A stretch of 63,534 nucleotides of DNA, counting the filler, from Saprolegnia diclina VS20 (Eukaryota): NCBI RefSeq assembly GCF_000281045.1. It is 9 parts of 4 records of this genome, joined end to end, with 100 filler letters (N's around TTAATTAATTAA, not from the genome) between each part and the next. Parts side by side here need not be neighbours in the genome. Positions count along the whole stretch, not along the records: positions 24,436 to 25,706 come from NW_008246176.1; positions 25,807 to 49,793 come from NW_008246176.1; 7 more parts are not named here. The stretch is one strand, 5' to 3'. The notes below the pieces were generated by a model. The model did not search any database. It saw only the letters and a list, made by a program, of their open reading frames with translations, and was not told where the DNA came from. How positions within the stretch are numbered: the first letter of the stretch is position 1; each line of letters begins with the position of its first letter. This document shows positions 24,461 to 35,059 of this stretch, piece by piece. The position numbers and the translations under genes were made by a program.

Positions 24461-25706
24461 TCAGCCATCGATGCCGCGCACGGGGGCGAGCATGCCACCG
24501 GTCCGCGCTGCGTCCAGGCGGTCTTCCATGGCCTTGACCGCGCGCCGAAGGCCTTCAATCTCTTGGCGTTGGTTGTCGACGACGGTGGCGAGGTCGTCGT
24601 CGCCGCCGCCTTTTTTCGAAAAGTACTCGCGCGTCCCGAGAATCGCCTTGTCCTTTTGCAGCGTGGCCTTGCTCACGTTGAGGGCGGCGCGGATCTCGTT
24701 GATCTCGGCAATGAGCGCCATGTTGTCGTTCCGCGCTTGGTTGTTTTCATGCTGGTGCGTCGCGACGTCGTGCGCGTACTTCTTCTTGAGCACATCGACC
24801 GATTTTTCCAAGTAGTCCTTTTGGCGCGCGTACTCTTGCTGGATGTCGACGTCGACGTCGACGACCTCGATCGCGGTCGTCACGTACTTGTGGTACATAC
24901 CCGCGACCTTTTGTGTGAGCTCTTTTGGACTTTGGATGCTCTGCGCTGTGTCGTAGAGGTCGCAGCGAAAACTAAAGTGCCATCGTACACAGGATTGGGG
25001 TGAAAGAGAGAGATTGTACCGCCGGATCAGCGACTGCTGGTCGCCAATGATCTTGCGATTGCGCGTGATGTCGGCTTGCATCTTGTCGAGGCGCCGGCGC
25101 TGCTCGCCAATCATGATGTCGAGTTGCGCGTTCGACTTGTGGAAGAGCTCGAGTTCGCGGTCCATTTCCTTGATTTGCTCCTTCATGTCGGCAATCTCGT
25201 TGTCGCGCGGCTCGATCTGGCGCTTGAGCTCCTTGATCTTGTAGTCGAGCACAAACTTGAATTTCTCGAGTTCTTGATTCTTCTTTTTCAAATCGTAAAT
25301 GCGCTTTTCTTTTTCACCAATTGTCTCGTCGCGGCCGCGGATTTCCTATTTTGCCATGACATTTGTCGCTACACAAAAGAAAAGTACGCGTTTGAGCGCT
25401 TGAATGTCTTTTTCGAGCGTCTTGATTTGCTCAAACAAGTCTTTTTCCTTCTCCAGCAGGTTTTTGATCGCGTCGCGCTGGTCCTCAATGTCCTTTTGGA
25501 GCGCGGTGAACTTTTTCTTCATGATGCCATTCTCGCCCTTGTAGCGCAGCGTGGCTTCCCGCTCGGCCGCCAACTTGTCTTCGTAGCTACCATAAAAAAT
25601 GTACACTATTGTCGCTTCAAGATACAGCGTACCGCTTTTTGAGCCCCTCGATTTCCACGTCAATGTCTTCTTCGAGCTGCGTCTTGGTCTCAATGTATTC
25701 TTTGTG
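24461..25706 (-). CDS. CFAP57: CFAP57/WDR65 flagellar protein, 3' coiled-coil part, multi-exon
   Basis: 'EREATLRYKGENGIMKKKF' and 'LKKKNQELEKFKFVLDYKIKELKRQIEPR' are hallmark FAP57 segments; the 5' end is cut by a linker. Confidence 0.9.
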
Positions 25707-25806
25707 NNNNNNNNNNNNNNNNNNNNNNNNNNNNNNNNNNNNNNNNNNNNTTAATTAATTAANNNNNNNNNNNNNNNNNNNNNNNNNNNNNNNNNNNNNN
25801 NNNNNN

Positions 25807-26418
25807 CATGGCGCTTACCTCTTGGATGCGGCTGCGGAAGTGCGGGTTCTCGAGGGCCTTGCGCACGAGTGTTGACGATGCGATCGCTTGCAGCTGCGCC
25901 TTGGTCAAGAGATGGATGTTCTCTTCGTCGTCGGCGGCCAATGGAGCAACGGCCAGCGCTTCGTCGACCATCTCTGCGATGTCCGTGTCGGTGGCAAGAG
26001 GCTCGGCCGTGTCCATGTCTTTCGCGTCGTCGTCCGTGGGCTCGGCAGAAGCAACGGCCTCGACCGCAGCAGCCACAGCGTCGACGATCGCTGGTGTGGC
26101 GACGACAGTGTCAGTGCTACTGGTGGGCTCGGGCGCCGCGCTACTCGGCTCGAGGATGTCTGTCGGGAGGGGCGCGACGTCCGTCGCCTCGGTGACCGAT
26201 GGCGCAGGCGACGGCTCGCTGGCCACTGGCGCAGGGACAGGCGTGGTCGCGGTGGCATTGCTGCTTGTCGCCGGCGCGTCCTTGGCAGGCGCGGCCGGCT
26301 GCCCACAAGCGGCGTCCTTATGCAGCTTGTAGCATGGCGCGGAGCAGTAGCGCAGGCGGCAGACGGGGCATTTGTACTTGGACGGTTGCTCGTTGCAGAC
26401 GCCGCAGACAAGGCTCAT
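25807..26418 (-). CDS. Zinc finger HIT-domain protein (ZNHIT3/Hit1-like), 3' truncated
   Basis: 'CGVCNEQPSKYKCPVCRLRYCSAPCYKLHK', low-complexity linker, then 'LLTKAQLQAIASSTLVRKALENPHFRSRI' like the ZNHIT3 C-terminal region. Confidence 0.85.
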
Positions 26419-26551
26419 GCTGGGATCTTTGGGGCCGAACGACTTTTGACGAATCACGCGCTCACAAATTCTTTCCACCAATCCAAATCCGCAAAAATCC
26501 AGTATTGGAAGGCATATCCACCAATCCTTTCGTCGCGACCACCTCGGCGAC

Positions 26552-29316
26552 ATGTGGCAGCGACCAACCCTGGAAGCGGCGTCGTCGCGGGCGTCTCTCG
26601 TCGCGAGCGCGCGCCTGGCCCGCGAGGAGCGCGAGCGCGTCCGCCATGAAGAAGCCTGCGCGCGCCTACTGCAGCGCGTGCTCCGCGGTCGGCTCGTGGC
26701 GCTGCACCTGTTGCGAGCGCGGGCCGTGAACTTTGACAAGCAGAGCGCCGATTTGCTCACGCTCTTGCAGCTCGGGATCCCGCTGCCACTGATCGCGATC
26801 TTGCCGACCGTGCGCCTCGGCTTGTCGCTCTTTCCGCGCGTCATTGGCCAGCACATCTCGGACGAGCTCCGCGGCCGGCTCGTGCAGATCGTCCAGTTGC
26901 TGCAAACGCACTTGGTGCAGCCCAACACGCCCGGGCTGCACGCGATCTGCGCGCACTACCCGTCGCTCTTTGGGTCGGTGGCGCAGCCCATCTACGTCCT
27001 CGATCGACTAATGCAGCTTGTGCTCTACAAGCTGCACATTTGGCACGTGCGTGAACCGCTCGACTGGAAGCGCCGCGCGCCGCTCGTCGACTACCTCCTG
27101 CTGTTGCTCCAGCGGCTCGAAGACGTGGCGTGCAGCGAGAGCTGCGTGCTCTCGGCGCTCCAGAAAGCGTCGTTTGCGCGGATCCAAGCGTCGCACTTGT
27201 ACGTCATCGCGGGCCAGCAGATCCACACGGTCGTCCAACATGCGAACGTCGATGCGACCAACAATACGATTCTGCCATGCGACGAAGCAGCGTACGCGGC
27301 CAAGCTCTTCCAGATCTGCATGCACAAGCTCGTGTACAAGCAGCTCAACGAGCCCGACTCGTGCTACGAGTCGTACCTGAGCATGGTGCGCAGCCTTCTC
27401 TTGCACGTCCCCGACATGGTCACCCGCATGGGCCACTACATGACCCCGATCCTCATCGAGTTTCAAGCACTCTCGCCGAATGCAATCAACTGGAAGTTTG
27501 TGGCTACGATCTTGCGCCAAGCGGTGCACCCCGACGCCGAGAGCTCGTACTATGTGCTCGACGGGGCGCTGATTTCACCGGGCTTTGAGCAAGCCATGTA
27601 CGCCAACCTCGTGACGCACCCGCACGGCGCCGTGTCGTCGGCCGACGCGCTCATCGGCGCCATCAACTGCTATGGCATGGCGATCCAGTCCGAGTTTATC
27701 GAGTGCTGTCGGCGCATCGACGCCAGCGATGACGACGACAAGGTCGCTCTGTACGGTATCTTTGACGACGTGCTCCGGCTCGTCAAGGTAGACCTCTGCC
27801 AAAGCTCCTGGTATGATAAAGGACGTGTCTAGTGCTTCTCGGGTCGCGCATGGTGCTACTGTGAAGAGGGCCGCGTTGCCCTTGCCAGCGACGACATTGA
27901 ACGGTACTGTCCTTTGCCAAGGTGCATGGCTCATGCGAGTGGCGTAGTGCGACGATGCTGCTCAAGCACATGCAGACGCTGCCACCCGACTTGCCATCGT
28001 CCGTGCGCAAGGACGTCCAGCGCCTCCAGATCGACTGCTTCCTCGTCCACGCCCGCGTCCATGAGGCGCTCGGCCAGCTTCAAGAGGCGCATGACAACCT
28101 CACGCTTGTGCTCAAGCTCGGCTCGAAATTGCTCGGCGTTTCCGCTTGGAAGCAAACCAAGCTGCGGCAAGTCGCGCTGGCCGAGTCGCTGCAGCTGCGC
28201 CCACAGAAACACTCGGTCACGGCGTCGCATAGCACCGGCCTCCAACCTCCCAACGATAATGACGACGCGAGTAGCAACAACAACGAGGCGCCGGCCGTCG
28301 CCTCGGACAGCACCAAGCGCAAAAAGAGCAAAAAAAAGAAGCCGAAGCCAGAACTCGAAGTCAAGGAGAAGGCGCCGTCGATCTATGCGCGTCTCCTGAG
28401 CGAACCCCGCGAACCAGTGACGCATGGCCCGTCGCATGAGGCCCTTGCCGCCGAGCACAAGGCCGTGACGGAGCGTATCTATGAACACGAGTCGGCGGCG
28501 ATCACCGCGCGGGTGGCGGCAGTGACGCTTGCCAGGCAAGGCGCGGGTGCCAGCGCGCCGGTAGCCACGCCGCCGTTGCCACCGGCTCCACGCCCACCGG
28601 CTCCATCAATGCCTCCGCCGTTGCCGTCAGTGCCACCACCGCCGTTGCCTCCGCCCACGGTCGCACCGCCAATGCCGACGACGCCACCACCGCCACCGCC
28701 GGCGTTTCAGAACGTGTCGCATGCGCAGCCTGCGCTCGAAGACAAGATGGCGGTGGCGACCAAGCGGCTGCGGTCGCTCGACTGCCTCTTGGACGGCGCC
28801 AACATTGGCTACTTTCACGGGCGAAATCTGGGCCGTTTGAAGCGCAAGCAGAAGCGCTTCTCGGCGCGCGGCCTCGCGCTCGCGCTCAGCTACTACAACA
28901 AGGCGGCGAGCACGCGGGCGATCGCGTTCCTGCCCCAGCGGTTTGTGGAGAGGTACTATCTCGTCCTCTTGCGATTGATATAAGCAGCGTGACGCAACGC
29001 GCGTAGCCGCCACGATGGCAACCTGGCCGACGACGTCGATGTGCTCTTTGATCTGATGGAGAAGCAAGTGCTGTTTCTGACGCCCGCCGGCGTCGACGAC
29101 GACTTGTTTTTGCTCAAGTAGCCATCTCGATTCATAGTATTAGATTCATAGTATTGGACTAGGTACGCAGAGCGGCACAACCTGAGCATCATCACCAACG
29201 ACAACCTCCTCGACCACATTGAGAACGTCCAGCTCAAGCAGTCGCTGCTGCCCATAGTGTTTGAGCGCACGGTCAAGTACATGTTTATCGAAGATGAATT
29301 TTTGCCGCTCAACTAA
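26552..29316 (+). CDS. Multidomain protein: UBE3B/C-like N-terminus with IQ-like motif, TPR-like repeats, Lys-rich and polyproline linker, C-terminal Zc3h12a/Regnase-like NYN (PIN) ribonuclease
   Basis: Spliced C-terminus 'LLDGANIGYFHG...FSARGLALALSYY...LTPAGVDDDLFLLKYAERHNLSIITNDNLLDH...ERTVKYMFIEDEFLP'. Introns at ~27788-27832, ~27904-27947, ~28953-28985 and ~29119-29162. Confidence 0.8.
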
Positions 29317-29802
29317 CAAGAAATCTCGTCAAAAGCACTTGGATCTCACGACGTTCAGCGCTTGTGGGACGTCGCATCTGGTTACTCGTCAACATCATCA
29401 GGCCATCCTCGTGCGTGTGGTGTGTCGTGGTTCTGGCATTTTTCGTTGATCCGGGGTAGGGTTGTCAGCAGCAACCCCTTCCAATGCGGGCAAAGGCGGG
29501 TTGCAAGGCCGGTGCCAGAGCCGCGCTGAGCGTCGTCACAAGCGGTCGCTCTTGGCACAGTCCGTACTGCGAGTTGCTTGTGCGAAGGGTCGTGGTCCTC
29601 GGGGCTGGAGTAAATCATGTTCGGGTCCTTCAATACAAACTTCAAGAGAAGCACCCGAGTTTGCATTTTATGACGCACCCAACTGAACCCACCAATCAAA
29701 CGCGGCGAAATATTACCTGGCGATCTTGGCTGCAACTGGTTGTGACGATGGCACAACCGAATATTACCCGTCCCCCTCAGACCCCTTGGCAGTCGTGGAA
29801 CG

Positions 29803-30378
29803 ATGCTGCTCTCGCTCTTTGCCCGCATCACGGGCTCGGTCGGCGCCAAAGTCATTGACAAGATCGCCCCGGACGCGTTCATCGACGTCACCAAGTCGAG
29901 CCGCACGCTCGCCCCGACCTCCGAGGACGACGAGGCCCACGACGATGTGAGCATGCGCCTTCCTGATTTCGCGCTCGATAAGACCAAAACGATCCTGGAC
30001 AAGCAGCGCGCCGCGTCGGCCGACGAGACAGAAGACGAGTCCGATGACGAGTACGACGACGACGACGTTGATGATGGCCTCACGCACGACGACCTTGCGG
30101 AAGCGCAGTGGCTCCTGGACACGCTTCTCGAGCTTGTCGAGGCCGCGGCGACCTTTGGCCTCGACGGCGACGCCATGTTTGACATGCTCTTGGCACTGGA
30201 TACGTGGCAGCGCGCCCTGTACGACGCCCCCGACTCGGTCCGGACACGCCTTCCGACGCTCTCGGAGCTGCTCTCCTCCCTCAAGGCGTACGCACTGCCG
30301 TTCAAGCAAGCAGATCTGTGGTACCAACTGGTCGAGTGCGAGACGGCCCTCGAGCAGCTCGCCGCGCCGCGATGCTAG
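29803..30378 (+). CDS. Hypothetical protein with acidic tract, 191 aa
   Basis: Clean ATG-TAG ORF with host-like GC-rich codon usage; helical C-terminal half. Confidence 0.6.
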   Translation: MLLSLFARITGSVGAKVIDKIAPDAFIDVTKSSRTLAPTSEDDEAHDDVSMRLPDFALDKTKTILDKQRAASADETEDESDDEYDDDDVDDGLTHDDLAEAQWLLDTLLELVEAAATFGLDGDAMFDMLLALDTWQRALYDAPDSVRTRLPTLSELLSSLKAYALPFKQADLWYQLVECETALEQLAAPRC

Positions 30379-30854
30379 TGCTTGGAAGGCGTAGTCGTTA
30401 GTCGTTAGGTGTTATATATATGAATGGAAACCCGTGACGTCGTGGGTCTGTCGACAGAAGACAGCAAGTCCATTTACATTTTGCGGTCCTGCGTTCTAGT
30501 TGATATGATTGGCGGTGGAGTCGCAGCTTGGTGGGACCGTTGCAACGCTTACTTGCTGGGCGTAATTGTACGTAAAGACGGGGCGCCAAGGTGTGGCTGT
30601 CAGCGGCGTGCTCAACGAGGTCGCTCGCTGGAGGCAGCGAGGGCCACCCAATCCGAGACGCGTTGAGATGAGGTTGCAGCGGCTGGTTGGCCCATCCATC
30701 GCCCGGTCAGCAGATCCTTCGCCGACGTGTCTGCCCATCACTGCATGCTCGTCAAGTGGGAGTGCTGGTCGCTTCGAGAATACAGTGTAGTCCCACTGCA
30801 AGGCGAGCCGAGGTGAACACGGCTGAAGCGAAATTCAACCGACAACCAAACAGC

Positions 30855-31340
30855 ATGACCAAGCTTGGGGCGTTGCTGCTGCTTGCGGCGCTGGCGACGT
30901 TGGCGATGGCCACCAACTGCGACGAATGCGCGCGGTCGGGCAACTGCAGCGCCGCCCACGCAAGCGGGCCCGGGCACCACTGCGGCGGCTACGACAAGCT
31001 CGGGCACCGCACCGAGTGCTGCTGCGGCGTGCACCAAGAATGCGTCGACCCCACGCGGGCGCAGCAGTGCCGCTGCACGACCGTTGTCCGTGTACCGCCA
31101 GAGGCCTCGGTACTGGACTTTCTCGCGCATTGTCTCATCGTTGCAATCTCGTCAATCGTGTTGTTGAACGTCGCCCTCTCGTGCAGGCTTATGATCCACA
31201 CGGTGGATTGCATTTTCGCACTGGGTCGACGTATTCGGTCCTGGTGGACGCAGCGGCGCTCGGCTCCTCGTACGACGCCACGCGCGAAGCGTGCCTCGCG
31301 CACAGCTCTGGTCCACGAAGACGACGACAATGCGCCGTAG
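30855..31340 (+). CDS. 10-Cys type I membrane protein, copy A
   Basis: Signal peptide 'MTKLGALLLLAALATLAMA', CX2CX5CX11CX11CCCX5CX8CXC ectodomain, TM segment, basic then acidic tail. Confidence 0.8.
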   Translation: MTKLGALLLLAALATLAMATNCDECARSGNCSAAHASGPGHHCGGYDKLGHRTECCCGVHQECVDPTRAQQCRCTTVVRVPPEASVLDFLAHCLIVAISSIVLLNVALSCRLMIHTVDCIFALGRRIRSWWTQRRSAPRTTPRAKRASRTALVHEDDDNAP

Positions 31341-31526
31341 TACTAGTTACATGGAAACAAGGGTCCGCAGGACATATCCCGTTTTGAAGCCAACACCACT
31401 TTGTCATTCGACGATGCGAGTGCGCACACGTCGTCGATTTCACCAACGGCAATGTCGGAAAAGCCAGCGTCTGGAGAAGAGTGGGACACGATTTTGTTTT
31501 CGTCGATGATGGCATGGTTGTGTCGG

Positions 31527-32477
31527 ATGCGACTTCTTCTCCTGGCCGTGTGCACCGCGGTCGCCAGCAGCCAACTTGACGCGGTCGCCAGCAGCCAACT
31601 TGACGCGTCCACCTGCGCGCTCTGTGCATACGGTGGTGACTGCAGTGGTGCGTTCTTGGGCAAACCCGGGCGCTTTTGTGGCGCCTACAACATGACGTAC
31701 GGCGTCCAAGAGCTCTGTTGTTGCGCCGAGCACGACGTCTGCGGCATGCCTCACGCCGACGGGCAGTGCGACTGCTTACGGTTCGAGACAGACCCGACGC
31801 TGCATGGACTCTACTGGCTGCGAACAACGTCTTTGCTGCAATTCGTCATGGACGCGGTGGTCCTCGTGATCGTGTACGTCATCGCGGGCGTCGTCCTTAT
31901 TCTGGTGCAGTTGCTTCTCTTCTTTGGCATCGCTGGGTGCATCGCGGTTGTGCAAGAAGCCCAAATCGATCTGCTATCGTGGTGCCGGTGCAAGACGGCG
32001 GACAAGGCCAAGGACGCGCCCAAGGTCAAGGACGCGCCCAAGGTCAAGGACGAGCCCGAAGATGAGGACGCACGGCTCGTGCCTGCAGATACCCAAGGCG
32101 CGCGGTGGTCGATTCAAGACGCCAAGTTGCGAGTCTACGGCAAAAAGGGATATGATGTTGAAGTGGAACAGTTTGTAGACTGGAAGATGTTCCGACAAGC
32201 ATGCGGTGGTGGGACGAACCAACTTGATGGTTGGAAGAGAAGGAAGGGACAACACCTCCGTATGCTCCTGTGTGCGACGCCAGAGCCCAGCGACTGCACT
32301 CAACGTGGTCGACGACAGCTCATTTGCATCGAGACAGGTTACTGCACAAAAGGCGAGCCAACGCGCGGAGTAGCACTATCCGAACGAGTTGAGACGACGG
32401 TGAGTAGTGGCAACCTCGCGATAGGGGTGGGGTACATGGGGCTCGTAGTATCTAGTCTACATGTTATAGTCGTATAA
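31527..32477 (+). CDS. 10-Cys type I membrane protein, copy B (3' end uncertain)
   Basis: Signal peptide 'MRLLLLAVCTAVA', 'CALCAYGGDC...PGRFCGAY...CCC...C...CDC', long TM; the frame stays open to 32477. Confidence 0.7.
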   Translation: MRLLLLAVCTAVASSQLDAVASSQLDASTCALCAYGGDCSGAFLGKPGRFCGAYNMTYGVQELCCCAEHDVCGMPHADGQCDCLRFETDPTLHGLYWLRTTSLLQFVMDAVVLVIVYVIAGVVLILVQLLLFFGIAGCIAVVQEAQIDLLSWCRCKTADKAKDAPKVKDAPKVKDEPEDEDARLVPADTQGARWSIQDAKLRVYGKKGYDVEVEQFVDWKMFRQACGGGTNQLDGWKRRKGQHLRMLLCATPEPSDCTQRGRRQLICIETGYCTKGEPTRGVALSERVETTVSSGNLAIGVGYMGLVVSSLHVIVV

Positions 32478-32549
32478 ATGTACAACAAGGTGTGCTCGAC
32501 AGCTTGCGCATTTACGTCATCAAACTCATATTCGATGTACTTGCCCCGC

Positions 32550-32924
32550 CTATGCGCCTTCGTTATCGTCGACGAGAAGCGTGTGCGACGACCGCATCGA
32601 GCGCTTCGTCGGCTGCAGCGCCGAACGACGACCTCTGGAGCAGCTGGAGACGATGCGCCGAGAGAGAGAGACGATCGCGGTTCTGCATCGAAGCGGGCAG
32701 TCGGTGCCGTAGCAGAGGAATGCGAAGCCACAGAAGACGCACTGCCCGATGCAGCTGAGTACGACGAGCACAACGATCTCCAGTCCCGAGAGGTTAGCGG
32801 GCACAGTCACAACGGTCGTGCAGCGGCACTGCTGCGCCAGCGTTGGGTCAACGCATTCTTGGTGGACGCCGCAGCAGCACTCGGTGCGGTGCCCGAGCTT
32901 GTCGTAGCCGCCGCAGTGGTGCCC
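32550..32924 (-). CDS. 10-Cys type I membrane protein, copy A' (5' end in gap 32925-33062)
   Basis: 'GHHCGGYDKLGHRTECCCGVHQECVDPTLAQQCRC', TM 'LEIVVLVVLSCIGQCVFCGFAFL', tail 'SHTLLVDDNEGA'. Confidence 0.8.
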   Translation of the reverse strand, partial: GHHCGGYDKLGHRTECCCGVHQECVDPTLAQQCRCTTVVTVPANLSGLEIVVLVVLSCIGQCVFCGFAFLCYGTDCPLRCRTAIVSLSRRIVSSCSRGRRSALQPTKRSMRSSHTLLVDDNEGA

Positions 32925-33360
32925 NNNNNNNNNNNNNNNNNNNNNNNNNNNNNNNNNNNNNNNNNNNNNNNNNNNNNNNNNNNNNNNNNNNNNNNNNNNN
33001 NNNNNNNNNNNNNNNNNNNNNNNNNNNNNNNNNNNNNNNNNNNNNNNNNNNNNNNNNNNNNNAAATCTTGGGTACTGTTGGCGCGATCACCACTCTTCTC
33101 TGAACCGATGCGCTCGATGCGAAGGATATGCAGCCAAGTCCGCTGGCCACCACGATCGTATGCACGCCTCCTGTGCCTTCTACTAGCTACGTACATACTA
33201 CGTCGCGAAGCATTTGTCTTGGTGTCGATCTCGTGACTCGAGTCGACGTCGAAGCGCGGTCAAGCACGGACGGAGGACGTGCAAAGGAGCTGTGCAAAGG
33301 CCATCAAGGAGGGTGGTACCCTTGCTCTGGCCCGATTCTTCTCATTCCTTCTTCAACCCG

Positions 33361-33879
33361 ATGGCGCGACTCGTGGTGCTTCTCGTTCTTCTCTGGGCCT
33401 TCGTCGCAGAAGGCAGCCACGCATCCACCTGCGCGCTGTGCGCTCATGGTGGTGACTGCAGCAGTGCGTCCTTGGGCAAGCCCGGACACTACTGTGGCGC
33501 GTACAATACGACGTACGACACCCAAGAGTTGTGTTGCTGCGGCGAAAACGACGTCTGCGGCATCCCTTACGTCGACGGCCAATGCGAATGCACGACGATC
33601 GAGGTAGATCCAACACTTCGCAACAAATGGCTCCTGCGCGCAGCGCCAGAGTGCTTTGCCGTCGATGCTCTTATCTTTTTCTGCATCATGCTCGGCTACA
33701 TCGTGTTCGCAATGTCGCTGCTCACGGGGCTTCCGTGGATCTACAAGGCTTGCCAGACCGCGATGATGGCACGCGGCGAGCAAAGCGAGGCGGTTGCGAC
33801 ATCAACTACTAGTACAACCGATGACGACGGCAACGCGACTGAAACGAGTACGTCAAAGCTCAACGGCCACGTTGTCTGA
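33361..33879 (+). CDS. 10-Cys type I membrane protein, copy B'
   Basis: Signal peptide 'MARLVVLLVLLWAFVAEG', 'CALCAHGGDC...PGHYCGAY...CCC...C...CEC', TM; INR-like TCATTCC about 19 nt upstream of the ATG. Confidence 0.82.
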   Translation: MARLVVLLVLLWAFVAEGSHASTCALCAHGGDCSSASLGKPGHYCGAYNTTYDTQELCCCGENDVCGIPYVDGQCECTTIEVDPTLRNKWLLRAAPECFAVDALIFFCIMLGYIVFAMSLLTGLPWIYKACQTAMMARGEQSEAVATSTTSTTDDDGNATETSTSKLNGHVV

Positions 33880-34342
33880 GTCCACGTGGGCTCCTGCCGC
33901 CAGCATAATTCAATTCAATTTGGGACTACAGATTGCATTCGAGTTGGTGCCAGTTGCACGAACTTTCCGAGCCAATTTGCCGTGGTTGACACATTGATAG
34001 TTTCGAAACGGCAAGGGGCTAGGGTCTGCTCCACCATCCCAACGGGCTTTTCATCGCTAGAAACACTCGACACAGAGTCAAGTCGACACTGCGTACCTTG
34101 CAATAGCTTCCAGCGACAATATGTTGTGCCGACGGGACACGACGATAAACCCACGCGGGCTTCTCGGGGGTAGGGGCACGAAGTTGCGAGCTGTCGTTTC
34201 ATGCGTGCGTCTAAGCACTGCGATCGGTGCAGCTTCTGACGCCACGACCGCGCTCGCTGCCAGCAAAAATGATTGCTGTCCAGCTCGCGCATTGCTAGGT
34301 TCTTTACGGAGGCAAAGCCGCATCTTATATTGAGGACGGGGA

Positions 34343-35059
34343 TTACTCGATGCGAATGCTCGTAATCGTAGAGTCGCCCACGCTCACAGTCACAGCGTAG
34401 TTTTTCGTCGAGCCCTCCGAGCACCCGCCGCAGTTGGGTCCCGTCGCGTCCTCGATAGCGTTGAAGTACTCGACCTCGCACGCGGTGACGTGGAATGTGT
34501 CGCTCGGGTAGTCGTACGCGTCGTAGCTCGTCAAGTCGCGCGCACAGAGCACCGGAAAATCGTTGTTTTGGTAGTTGACGGCGGCCGTGACCGCGTCATA
34601 GTAGACAGCGGCGTCGGCGTCCGTCACGACATGCCCATACGACGGCGCTCCTTCGAGCGGCACGCGGCGCGTGTCTCTCGTGATGGTCTGCAGCGTTGGG
34701 TCGCCCTTGAGCGGCGTGAAGATTGTGACGACGTAGAAGTTCAACGCTGTGCTGCACGTGCAGCTGCGGTCGGCGAGGCCTTTATCCGACTTGGAGGTGC
34801 AGCCCGCGACGTGGTAGCGGGTGTTGAGGCCCGCAACGACCTGCACGCTCACAGCCGAGATTTCGGTCGTGCACAGATAGTCGAGACGCGGCTTGGCGTA
34901 GCTGGCACGAGACGTCATGACGTCAAAGTACGTCGTGATCATGCCGTTGTCGACAGGCTCGTCGTTGTACCCGCCTTCGAGTTGCAAGCCGCGGAGTTGA
35001 GGGGTGTCGGCCGCGACTGTCGCCGCGAGGCAGCAGAGCGTCGAGAGGATGTTGCGCAT
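34343..35059 (-). CDS. Secreted two-domain cystatin-like cysteine protease inhibitor (EPIC-like)
   Basis: Signal peptide, N-terminal 'GGY', 'QVVAG' loop and oomycete-type Cys pattern; second related domain lacks QxVxG. INR+FPR-like TCATTTTCAAATT upstream on the minus strand (~35075-35087). Confidence 0.85.
   Translation of the reverse strand: MRNILSTLCCLAATVAADTPQLRGLQLEGGYNDEPVDNGMITTYFDVMTSRASYAKPRLDYLCTTEISAVSVQVVAGLNTRYHVAGCTSKSDKGLADRSCTCSTALNFYVVTIFTPLKGDPTLQTITRDTRRVPLEGAPSYGHVVTDADAAVYYDAVTAAVNYQNNDFPVLCARDLTSYDAYDYPSDTFHVTACEVEYFNAIEDATGPNCGGCSEGSTKNYAVTVSVGDSTITSIRIE

Noticed and set aside
28560..28700. CCG/CCA-rich repeat suggesting a formin FH1 region
   Set aside because: No FH2 domain follows; it is a polyproline linker of the NYN protein.
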